Shown here piece by piece: positions 8,765-16,972 of a stretch of DNA of 46,941 nucleotides (position 1 is its first letter; each line of letters starts with the position of its first letter). The DNA lies in assembly GCA_030608465.1 (NCBI GenBank), contig JAUWEC010000003.1:1-46941 (forward strand). The letters run 5' to 3'. The stretch comes from Chloroflexota bacterium. Its GTDB lineage: Bacteria; Chloroflexota; Anaerolineae; Anaerolineales; UBA11858. Under the pieces are notes generated by a model. That model was not told the DNA's origin. It made no database searches and was given only the letters and a program-made list of their open reading frames with translations. Position numbers and translations under genes: made by a program.

Positions 8765-11185
8765 ATGTGTCACATCAAGGATCTCCCAAAGAAAATACTG
8801 GCTAGTTTTGGTTTCGTTTTCATCCTGCTTGGGGTCACCTATCAGCCTGCCCTGGCGGATGGTTTTGTGATTCCCGACCCACCCCCGCTGTCCGGACCTG
8901 TGCTGCTGGAGGATATTTGGTTAACCATCCGTTACCACCGGGTATCTGTCACGATCGAAAATCAAATCGCAATCACGCATGTGGAGCAGGAATTTGTAAA
9001 TGAGTATGATTGGGAGGTTGAGGGGACATATATCTTTCCTATGCCCGTGGGGGCGTCAATTTCAAAATTTGTAATGTGGGTTGATGGTGTACCCGTGGAG
9101 GGGAAAATTCTACCCGCTGACCAAGCCCGAAAAATCTATGAAGATATCGTTCGCGAACGACGCGACCCTGCTTTATTGGAATATGTGGGACGGGATGCAG
9201 TGCAGGCACGTATTTTTCCTATTCCGGCTGGCGGATCAAGAAAAATTGAGCTGGAATATACTCAGGTGCTGCCCGTAGATAATGGTTTGGTGAGATATAG
9301 TTATCCACTTAATACAGAAAAGTTTTCTGCTCAGCCGCTGGCAGAGTGCTCAGTTCATATCACCCTTGTATCAGATCAACCGCTGCACACCATATATTCA
9401 CCCACTCATCAAGACCGGGTATATATCCAGCGGGAGGGAGATCATCGAGCGATTATTGGCTATGAGGAAAGATTTGTTCTGCCGGATCAGGATTTTGATC
9501 TAATTTACACATTCAGTAAGGAAGAGATAGGTTTGCATCTACTGACCTATCCTGACAAAATGTGGTTGAACGGATTGACCTATCCTGAAAAAACAGGGTT
9601 GACCGGAACAAGTCAGGAAGGATATTTTCTTCTGATGGCAGCGCCGACCGTGGAAGTCAATCAGATCGTACCCAGAGATATCATCCTGGTTCTGGACACC
9701 TCGGGATCAATGGAGGGGGAGAAGCTTAATCAAGCCAAAGAAGCTTCTAAATACGTATTAAATAACCTTAATCAGGAAGATCGTTTTAATGTGATTGCTT
9801 TTTCTACCGGAATTAAACACTTTGCCCTGGATCTGCAGCCTGTCTCCAGGGCGCCAGAGGCTGGGTCCTGGATCGACAGGATGGATGCGCTGGGGGGAAC
9901 AAATATCAACCTTGCCCTATTGGAAGCGCTTTCTCTCAGGACCGATTTGGAAGATGGTGAAGGGGGAAGACCGCTCGTGCTGCTTTTCCTGACAGATGGA
10001 CTGCCCACAGAAGGTGTCACGGATGTCCAACAGATCATCGCAAATATCAGGGCGACGGCATCAAGCAGCGTTCGTCTCTTTGCTTTTGGGGTGGGAGATG
10101 ATGTGAATACCCTGCTGCTGGATACCCTGGCGGCAGACAATCGCGGAATAACCAGTTATGTGCGTCCCCAGGAGCGGATCGATGAGGAAGTATCCGCCCT
10201 GTTTGCCAAGATCAAAACACCCGTGTTGACTGACCTGGAGTTGGACTTGGGCGGAATCCTGGTGGAAGAAATTTATCCACCGGATATTCCTGACTTGTTT
10301 TCTGGATCACAACTACTGCTTACAGGTCGTTATCGATACCCTGCAGGCAGTTCAGGGCAAACAAAAATTAAATTGTCAGGTTATGTAAATGGCGAAAAAA
10401 GGATATTTGTCTATGAAGCTGATTTTGCGCTGGCTGATGAGCCTGGAAATTCAACCAGTTATATTCCCAGATTGTGGGCAACCCGGAAGATAGGATATTT
10501 ATTATCCCAGATCCGCCTCAAGGGTGAAAACCAGGAATGGGTGGACGCGATTGTCCAACTCAGTATTAAATATGGGATTATTACACCCTATACCTCATTC
10601 CTGATTGAAGAGAGTGATTTTTTGACTGGAGAAGGACTGGAGGATGCTGCCCGGGATTTGATGGCACAATATTCCGGACCGGCAGTAGGTGCAGAAGCCG
10701 TTGAGAAATCTGATACCGAATCAAACCTACGTTCGGCGGAATCGTTTTACCAGGCGGAAATACAAAGTGGTGATTTCGATCAGGGATTTTATCAGCCGAT
10801 CCTAAAATATATTGAAGATAAAACTTTCCTCTATCAGAATGGAATTTGGATTGACACGGCGTTTAAACCTGGATCCATGGATATTCTGAAAATTGGGTTT
10901 GGATCACAGGTCTATTTTGAGTTACTTGCGGCCAGACCCTCTTGGGGAAAATATCTTGCGCTTGGAGACCGCGTGATTTTTGTGGCTGGCGAAATTGCTT
11001 ACGAAATTGTGGAAGGGGAAGGAGAGCTGGAGAGTTTACCAGCTCTCCTTTCACACCCGGAGGACGAAAACCAGGCAAATAATACTGAGCAGCCCTCCAA
11101 CCTTTCAGGTATTAAAGGGTTTTGCACTGCGCCTTTGCTGGCAGGATTGGCAGTTTTGGGGGTTTGGAAAAAGGAAATGAGATAG
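8765..11185 (+). CDS. Secreted VIT + vWA domain protein (inter-alpha-trypsin-inhibitor-like) with a C-terminal Cys/TM tail
   Basis: ATG 8765 after AGGAGG; signal peptide ending ALA-DG; VIT region (EGTYIFP, RDPALLE); vWA MIDAS DTSGSM, GGTNI, LTDG; RLWATRKI. Confidence 0.88.
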   Translation: MCHIKDLPKKILASFGFVFILLGVTYQPALADGFVIPDPPPLSGPVLLEDIWLTIRYHRVSVTIENQIAITHVEQEFVNEYDWEVEGTYIFPMPVGASISKFVMWVDGVPVEGKILPADQARKIYEDIVRERRDPALLEYVGRDAVQARIFPIPAGGSRKIELEYTQVLPVDNGLVRYSYPLNTEKFSAQPLAECSVHITLVSDQPLHTIYSPTHQDRVYIQREGDHRAIIGYEERFVLPDQDFDLIYTFSKEEIGLHLLTYPDKMWLNGLTYPEKTGLTGTSQEGYFLLMAAPTVEVNQIVPRDIILVLDTSGSMEGEKLNQAKEASKYVLNNLNQEDRFNVIAFSTGIKHFALDLQPVSRAPEAGSWIDRMDALGGTNINLALLEALSLRTDLEDGEGGRPLVLLFLTDGLPTEGVTDVQQIIANIRATASSSVRLFAFGVGDDVNTLLLDTLAADNRGITSYVRPQERIDEEVSALFAKIKTPVLTDLELDLGGILVEEIYPPDIPDLFSGSQLLLTGRYRYPAGSSGQTKIKLSGYVNGEKRIFVYEADFALADEPGNSTSYIPRLWATRKIGYLLSQIRLKGENQEWVDAIVQLSIKYGIITPYTSFLIEESDFLTGEGLEDAARDLMAQYSGPAVGAEAVEKSDTESNLRSAESFYQAEIQSGDFDQGFYQPILKYIEDKTFLYQNGIWIDTAFKPGSMDILKIGFGSQVYFELLAARPSWGKYLALGDRVIFVAGEIAYEIVEGEGELESLPALLSHPEDENQANNTEQPSNLSGIKGFCTAPLLAGLAVLGVWKKEMR
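9543..9608 (+). repeat. In-frame 33-bp tandem duplication inside the VIT-vWA gene
   Basis: tgacctatcctgacaaaatgtggttgaacggat / tgacctatcctgaaaaaacagggttgaccggaa (27/33 identical). Confidence 0.8.
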
Positions 11186-11300
11186 CTCTTGGAACTGAGT
11201 AAGTTAAATAAGAGTCGGGCGAGGAATAAAAGCCCGGCTCTTTTAGTACTTATCACGATTCGGTTTTTTCAGGATGATTTAGGTCTGGTAAAACCTGGAG

Positions 11301-11567
11301 TTACTCCTTATCAGATTGGAGGTGGGGGATAATTTTATTATAGATCCAGGCGACCATCAGGCCGAGTAAAAAGCCGTCCACGAAACCCCACAATAGGGCA
11401 ACCAGGCTGCCAATTGGGCTGAGTGTAAATCCACGGTACATGCGGCCGAGGAACATCACCTCCCTGGTTACTCCGTCAAAGGCCATCATCCACCACGTCA
11501 CTGCAAACCAGTTAATTCCCCAGACAAGACCTGAGGCGAGGGCAAAGGCTTTAATATTCAATTTCAT
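11301..11567 (-). CDS. Small 2-TM membrane protein (resembles a family often labelled bacteriophage holin)
   Basis: Real start ATG 11567 after GGAGGAG; MKLNIKAFALASGLVWG...GFVDGF..G...AWIYN. Confidence 0.6.
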   Translation of the reverse strand: MKLNIKAFALASGLVWGINWFAVTWWMMAFDGVTREVMFLGRMYRGFTLSPIGSLVALLWGFVDGFLLGLMVAWIYNKIIPHLQSDKE

Positions 11568-11811
11568 GAGAACTCCTCCCGGTGTGTCATCCTGGAAACT
11601 ACTTCTATTATACAGAGATTTATATTTTAGTGACAGATAATTGACTGAGTCAGCTGGAAACGGAAAATAGGTGGGGGTTTGTAAAAACATCCATTTTGGA
11701 TCAATTAGAAATAGACTAAACAGAAAACGTTGGGTCGAAAGACATGCCGTCTTTGATCGCGGGGGAATATCTGCTGAACCGAGGTCGTTTTGGATTGTTG
11801 GTGTCAATTCC

Positions 11812-11829
11812 TTGTGAAAAACATAACAA
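11812..11829. promoter_or_regulatory. Rex-like operator upstream of the SQR operon
   Basis: TTGTGAAAAACATAACAA versus Rex consensus TTGTGAA-N4-TTCACAA (2 mismatches). Confidence 0.4.
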
Positions 11830-11874
11830 CATAATAAATCTGTAAGAAATTATTAAAAGCCCTTTTCCTTATAG

Positions 11875-11903
11875 TGTAACATGGTACTATATGCCCTGTT
11901 ACA
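11875..11903 (+). promoter_or_regulatory. Extended -10 promoter flanked by an inverted repeat
   Basis: TGTAACA (11875-11881) and TGTTACA (11897-11903) bracket TGgTACTAT (11882-11890). Confidence 0.5.
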
Positions 11904-11986
11904 TAATGCCTTGAACAAGAGAACCGGAAGTATTTGTGACTGAATCCGGAAAACCAACCTCTGCCAAGGATCGGGAGAACGCATAT

Positions 11987-13222
11987 ATGAAAACATTATT
12001 AATTCTGGGTGCCGGTACCGGCGGCACCATGGTAGCCAACAAAATGGTTCACGAACTTGATTCCCGGGAATGGGAGATCATCATCGTTGATCGGGATGAA
12101 ACTCATTATTACCAGCCCGGCTTGCTGTTTATTCCCTTTGGAATTTACAACCCCCGGGATGTAGAAAAACCCAAGCGGGACTTTATCCCCCTTAATGTCA
12201 AGTTGATCCTTTCCGATATCGAGCTGATCGAACCGGAAAAGAACCGGGTTCTGTTATCCAGAGATAAACAAGTCATCAATTATGATTACCTGGTGATCGC
12301 AACCGGCAGTCATATTCATCCTAAAGAGACTGAGGGATTGCTCGATGGCGGCGGATGGCGGAAGAACATCTTTGATTTTTATTCACCTGACGGTGCTGCT
12401 GAACTGGCGCGGTATTTGAAGTTCTGGAAAGGCGGCAGAATGGTGGTAAATGTTTCGGAAATGCCGATTAAGTGTCCAGTAGCTCCTCTGGAATTTCTTT
12501 TCCTGGCTGACTGGTTTTTTCATGAACGGGGAATACGGGATCAGGTAGAAATTGTTTATGCCACACCGCTTGATGGGGCTTTTACTAAACCCAGAGCGGC
12601 CGAGGTCCTGGGAGGGATGTTGGAGAAGAAAGGCATTAGCCTGGAGCCGAATTTCAACATTGGTGAGGTAGACAATAAAAAAAATACCATTCGTTCCTGG
12701 GATGAGCGTGAAATCCCTTATGACCTGTTGATTTCGATTCCCACCAACATGGGCGCTGAGGTCATTAAACGCTCAGGCCTGGGTGATGAACTCAACTTCG
12801 TTCCTATTGATAAACATACCCTGCAATCTTCAGCCTGGGAAAATATCTGGGTGATTGGTGATGCTGGGAATGCCCCGACCTCGAAAGCTGGATCTGTAGC
12901 GCACTTTATGCTGGATGTTCTGATTGACAATATGCTTCGGCATATGGAGGGATTAGAGCCGTTGGCGGAGTTTGATGGACATGCCAATTGTTTTATTGAA
13001 TCTGGATTTGAACAGGGAATCTTGATTGATTTTAACTACGACGTGGAGCCGCTTCCGGGGAAATACCCCCTTCCCGGATTAGGACCATTTTCACTGCTTA
13101 AAGAATCCCCAGCAAACCATTGGGGCAAAATGATGTTCCGCTGGATGTATTGGAATATCTTGCTGAAAGGCGGAGAAATGCCCTTTGAATCTCAGATGAC
13201 CATGGCCGGGAAATGGCAGTGA
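11987..13222 (+). CDS. sqr: Sulfide:quinone oxidoreductase-like flavoprotein (type III-like)
   Basis: ATG 11987 after GGGAG; GAGTGG Rossmann motif, HYYQPG, IKCPVAPLE and FDGHANCFIE cysteines, IGDA..PTSKAG. Confidence 0.82.
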   Translation: MKTLLILGAGTGGTMVANKMVHELDSREWEIIIVDRDETHYYQPGLLFIPFGIYNPRDVEKPKRDFIPLNVKLILSDIELIEPEKNRVLLSRDKQVINYDYLVIATGSHIHPKETEGLLDGGGWRKNIFDFYSPDGAAELARYLKFWKGGRMVVNVSEMPIKCPVAPLEFLFLADWFFHERGIRDQVEIVYATPLDGAFTKPRAAEVLGGMLEKKGISLEPNFNIGEVDNKKNTIRSWDEREIPYDLLISIPTNMGAEVIKRSGLGDELNFVPIDKHTLQSSAWENIWVIGDAGNAPTSKAGSVAHFMLDVLIDNMLRHMEGLEPLAEFDGHANCFIESGFEQGILIDFNYDVEPLPGKYPLPGLGPFSLLKESPANHWGKMMFRWMYWNILLKGGEMPFESQMTMAGKWQ

Positions 13223-13231
13223 GTGTGATTG

Positions 13232-13810
13232 ATGGATAAAGATATCGTTTTACTTCATAAAAAAATAGATCAGCTGACCGCTCAGGTGGGAATTCTGACA
13301 GACCATGCTGAGATTGAACAACGCCGCAGCCGTGACCTGGATGAACTAAAGGCAGATTTAATACCAATTGGCAATCAACTGGTTCAGTTAACTATTAATG
13401 AACTGGCTGAAATTGGGACAGAATTTGAACTAGAGGATTTAATTTACCTCCTTAAAAGGGTTCTTCGAAATACCCATTTAATTCTGGCCATGATGGATCG
13501 TTTCGAGGCGCTGATGGGAATCGCCGACGAAATGGAACTGCTCGGGAAACAAGTCTTCTCAACTACCGTAGAAGGGCTTGATCGTTTAGAGAGAGAGGGC
13601 TTTTTCACCTTCGCCCGGGAAAGTTGGGGTGTGCTGGAGAAGATTGTAGCTGAGGTAGACCCGGCAGATATTCGTTCCATAGGGGAGGATCCGGGATCTC
13701 CGTCCACGATTGCGCTTTTGAGGGAATTGAACCAACCCGAAGTTCGAAAAGGAATGGCCCGTTTGTTACAGATTGTAAAGACCCTGGGTGGGAACACGCA
13801 GGATAACTGA
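13232..13810 (+). CDS. DUF1641-like helical protein
   Basis: Coiled-coil body, C-terminal LLRELNQPEVRKGM motif; follows SQR. Confidence 0.7.
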   Translation: MDKDIVLLHKKIDQLTAQVGILTDHAEIEQRRSRDLDELKADLIPIGNQLVQLTINELAEIGTEFELEDLIYLLKRVLRNTHLILAMMDRFEALMGIADEMELLGKQVFSTTVEGLDRLEREGFFTFARESWGVLEKIVAEVDPADIRSIGEDPGSPSTIALLRELNQPEVRKGMARLLQIVKTLGGNTQDN

Positions 13811-13841
13811 TCGTTATTTTATTAATAAAAGGAGATAGATA

Positions 13842-14150
13842 ATGACCCAAGATATTCTTGACACCGTTGCCTTTGATGATGACGGTTTTATGGAGGATGC
13901 GGCTGCCTGGACAGAAGAAATCGCCCAGGCAATTGCGGAAGCGCTGGAAGTTAACCTTTCAGATCGCCACTGGGATGTGATTAAGTTTGCCAGGCAGGAG
14001 TTTGAAACCCAGGGTGAACCGCCAACGCTGCGCCTAATCACTCAGCAAACAGAAGTCAGCATGAAAGAAATGTACCAATTATTCCCTGGGGGACCGGCGA
14101 AAATTACCGCCAATATTGCAGGACTTAAAAAACCAACCGGCTGTATCTAA
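13842..14150 (+). CDS. TusE/DsrC-family sulfur relay protein
   Basis: DDDGF...WTEEIA, HWDVI, LFPGGP, C-terminal KPTGCI (single terminal Cys). Confidence 0.9.
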   Translation: MTQDILDTVAFDDDGFMEDAAAWTEEIAQAIAEALEVNLSDRHWDVIKFARQEFETQGEPPTLRLITQQTEVSMKEMYQLFPGGPAKITANIAGLKKPTGCI

Positions 14151-14165
14151 GAAAAGGAGAAAAAG

Positions 14166-14678
14166 ATGGCAAAACCTTCAAGAGCTTTACATCAAGGTTC
14201 TGACGAAACTGGCGGGAGAAAGCTGGCGCTGATAGCTTCCAAAGGTTCGTTGGATATGGCTTACCCGCCTCTAATCCTGGCTAATGCTGCCAGAATGAGC
14301 GGCATTGAAGTAGAAATGTTCTTCACATTTTGGGGATTGGATATTATCACCAAGAAGAAAATGGGAAAACTAAATGTCGCTACTGTGGGTAATCCCAATA
14401 TGCACCCCTGGTTCGGGATCCCAACTTTGCTGGGAGCGCTGCCGGGAATGTCTGCCGCTGCTTCCTGGATGATGAGAGGAGAGATTAAAAAACTAGATTT
14501 TCCCCCCGTACCCGAGTTCATCAAGCTGCTCATTGATGCCGGCGCCAATGTTTATGGGTGCAAAATGTCCATGGACATGATGAAATTAACCCAGGATGAC
14601 CTGGTTGAAGGCTCAACAGTTTTGGGCGCAATGGAGTTTATGGATATTACCGAAGGCGCTCAAATTCTTTTTGTTTAA
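14166..14678 (+). CDS. DsrE/DsrF/DrsH-like sulfurtransferase (DsrE2 type)
   Basis: SKGSLDMAYPPLILA, FFTFWGL, YGCKMSMDMM. Confidence 0.88.
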   Translation: MAKPSRALHQGSDETGGRKLALIASKGSLDMAYPPLILANAARMSGIEVEMFFTFWGLDIITKKKMGKLNVATVGNPNMHPWFGIPTLLGALPGMSAAASWMMRGEIKKLDFPPVPEFIKLLIDAGANVYGCKMSMDMMKLTQDDLVEGSTVLGAMEFMDITEGAQILFV

Positions 14679-14699
14679 TCTTTACAAGTGATGAAAATT

Positions 14700-14733
14700 A
14701 AAACAGCCTCGAATGATTTCGAGGCTGTTTTTT
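14700..14733. terminator. Bidirectional intrinsic terminator
   Basis: AAAACAGCCTCGAA-TGAT-TTCGAGGCTGTTTTTT between convergent genes. Confidence 0.85.
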
Positions 14734-14750
14734 CATCTCCGGTTGAAAGA

Positions 14751-15377
14751 TTATTCTGTGCCGTCCGGATCCCTTGAAGCAATATGATATTGGCTGGGGC
14801 TTTCCCCCGGTCGGAAACCGGCTATTAAGATCAGTGCGCTGGTTACAGTATTCCCTGGATTGTGCCATTTATGTTCCAGTGAGGCAGAAAATAATAACGC
14901 ATCACCTGATTCCAGGAGATAAGCGTGATCGCCTATCTCGTACTCTAATTTACCCCGTAAACATAACACAAATTCATGACCTGAATGTGTCATATGGAAT
15001 CTGCCGCTGCTTGTGCCGGCTTCAAGGGTGATCATAAAAGGCTCAATCAAGCCGTCATAATGTTCGCCACCCAATCCTTCCCATAATCCCCGGTGGAGGG
15101 GAATGCGGTTCCTCTCTGCGGATCTGATAAAAACCACATCTTGTTTTGGGGGGGTTTCTTCAAAAAATGCCGTAACTGGAATTTCGAGAGCAACTGCAAT
15201 TTTGTACAACGTGCTCACTGAGGGGGAGGAAAGACCCCGTTCAATTACACTTAAAGCATTGGCTGATAAACCGCTTAATCGGCCCAACGCCCGGATTGAC
15301 AAATCCCGTTCCTCCCGGAGAGCACGCAGCCTTTCACTGATATTAACTGAGACGGCTTCCTTATCATAGATATCCAT
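14751..15377 (-). CDS. XRE-family HTH + cupin transcriptional regulator
   Basis: LRALREERDLSIRALG...LSVIERG..SPSVSTL; cupin HSGHEF...G.L...H. Confidence 0.9.
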   Translation of the reverse strand: MDIYDKEAVSVNISERLRALREERDLSIRALGRLSGLSANALSVIERGLSSPSVSTLYKIAVALEIPVTAFFEETPPKQDVVFIRSAERNRIPLHRGLWEGLGGEHYDGLIEPFMITLEAGTSSGRFHMTHSGHEFVLCLRGKLEYEIGDHAYLLESGDALLFSASLEHKWHNPGNTVTSALILIAGFRPGESPSQYHIASRDPDGTE

Positions 15378-15498
15378 AGCACCTCATCCTAAGTATACAG
15401 TCATGATTATATCAAAAGAAAACGCCATTCTGGATTTGTCGACAGGACTGTTTGTTTTTATATATTTATCGTTATTCGGAAGCAGCATTCTGGGAAGG

Positions 15499-15539
15499 AA
15501 ACCATAATAAACTTACAACTTTATTATGGTTTAGACGTA
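15499..15539. promoter_or_regulatory. Perfect 13-bp inverted repeat overlapping a SigW-like promoter of pspC
   Basis: AAACCATAATAAA (15499-15511) / TTTATTATGGTTT (15520-15532); TACAAC-N16-CGTA (15514-15539). Confidence 0.55.
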
Positions 15540-15585
15540 TATCGTGGTAGAGAAACAATAATTATTATTATCAGGAGAAAGAATA

Positions 15586-15840
15586 ATGGCTAATGAACAT
15601 AAAAAACTGTATCGCTCTGTGGACGACCGGATGATTGCGGGTATTTGTGCTGGGATCGCGGAATATTTTGATGTTGATCCTACACTGATCCGGCTCCTCT
15701 TTGTTTTTGGCTTTTTTGCGACCGGCAGCGGGCTTTTCTGGGCATATGTGATCATGATGATCGTCGTTCCGGAATATGTGCCTGCAGCCCAGGATGTAGT
15801 AACCGCAGAAGCTAAAGAGACAGCCCCGAAAAAGAAATAA
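15586..15840 (+). CDS. pspC: PspC-domain membrane protein
   Basis: KKLYRS.DDRMIAGICAGIAEYF..DPTLIRL...Y...P. Confidence 0.92.
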   Translation: MANEHKKLYRSVDDRMIAGICAGIAEYFDVDPTLIRLLFVFGFFATGSGLFWAYVIMMIVVPEYVPAAQDVVTAEAKETAPKKK

Positions 15841-15857
15841 TCTTACTGATAGGTTGA

Positions 15858-15896
15858 AACAGAAAGAGCCCGGATTTTTTCCGGGCTCTTTCTGTT
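15858..15896. terminator. Bidirectional terminator hairpin
   Basis: AACAGAAAGAGCCCGGA / TCCGGGCTCTTTCTGTT inverted repeat between convergent genes. Confidence 0.8.
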
Positions 15897-15919
15897 GATC
15901 TTTCATATATACTGGAGAA

Positions 15920-16300
15920 TTATTCGATAAATATTTCTACGTGTTCCTGGTCTTCCTCATCAATCACATCAACAATCTTCCCCCGGATATTTTCTGCCAA
16001 TGCTTCCTTCACAGTGTCCATCATCTGACCGCTTTTCATTTCAGGTGTAAATTGAGCGGCAATATTTAACCCCGCATCCACAAGTTTCATGGGTACGTTT
16101 ACATTAACCTTGGCTTTTCCGGTAGACATATCCGTAACCCTCACCCGCAGCCATCGATTAGAAAGACCACTTTTGGATACTTTTTTCGGTTTTTCGCTTC
16201 TTCGGGTTAAGGCCGATAAAAGCTTTGATCCTTCTTCTGCGGTGATTTTATCCTCATTGATCATATTCAGGATTTTCATCCGTTCTTCGCTGGTAACCAT
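15920..16300 (-). CDS. SHOCT-like (YvlB/LiaX N-terminal type) domain protein
   Basis: EERMKILNMI.E.KITAEEGSKLL.AL; C-terminal LRVRV..KVNVNVP..VEIFIE. Confidence 0.8.
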   Translation of the reverse strand: MVTSEERMKILNMINEDKITAEEGSKLLSALTRRSEKPKKVSKSGLSNRWLRVRVTDMSTGKAKVNVNVPMKLVDAGLNIAAQFTPEMKSGQMMDTVKEALAENIRGKIVDVIDEEDQEHVEIFIE

Positions 16301-16327
16301 GTTATTCTCCTCGTTAGGAACCGCTGC

Positions 16328-16972
16328 CTAACCAATATATATCTTTACTTGTTCTACTTCATCACCTTCATTTACGTCAATAATTAATGGCGTTTCTGCC
16401 TGGGAGCTTTCTCCCAATGCGAGAATGATTTCATCTACTCCTGTACCTTGCAGACCAGGGATGAAATTCCCAAAGGTCCGTAAGCTCCAAGCAAAGAATC
16501 GGATTGGCAGTGGAAAGCTGATCGCTATTCGCCTCGGAGTTTCTCCCGGTTTCTGCTGAATCCGGAGATGGAGCCAGGGCCCGGTCCGACTGTTCCAGCC
16601 CAGTACCAGAACACCAACTCCGATCAGAAATGGAATCCAGGCCAGGATAAATCCAAGGCCTATTCCCTCAGCAGACCAGGCCCAGTACATCAGGAAACTA
16701 CCGAACACGGTTATTCCCAACCCGATCCAGAAAGGGATAATCCACCATTTCTTCCATTTTTCAAGATCTTCCAGTACAGGTTGGGGATCAAACCCTTCTC
16801 CCGCTTCCGGGTCAGTTCCTCCTTCAAGCCTGGCTTTAGCGAGAAGGTATTCCTCGTCGAGATTATCCAGGGTTTCATCGAGCGCTTCGATTAACTTCAA
16901 ACCTTCCTGAGCGCTGATTGTTCCCCGCTGAATCATTTCTAGAATTTCCAAACGTTCGTTATTTGCGGTCAT
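16328..16972 (-). CDS. SHOCT-like + 2-TM membrane protein
   Basis: ERLEILEMIQRG.ISAQEG..L..AL; two TM helices; C-terminus paralogous to 15920-16300. Confidence 0.75.
   Translation of the reverse strand: MTANNERLEILEMIQRGTISAQEGLKLIEALDETLDNLDEEYLLAKARLEGGTDPEAGEGFDPQPVLEDLEKWKKWWIIPFWIGLGITVFGSFLMYWAWSAEGIGLGFILAWIPFLIGVGVLVLGWNSRTGPWLHLRIQQKPGETPRRIAISFPLPIRFFAWSLRTFGNFIPGLQGTGVDEIILALGESSQAETPLIIDVNEGDEVEQVKIYIG

Noticed and set aside
11301-11567. Prophage signalled by a holin-like gene
   Set aside because: No endolysin, integrase or structural genes nearby; the holin label for this family is unproven
13842-14678. Dissimilatory sulfate/sulfite reduction
   Set aside because: No dsrAB or dsrMKJOP in the window, and the DsrC-like protein lacks the second cysteine
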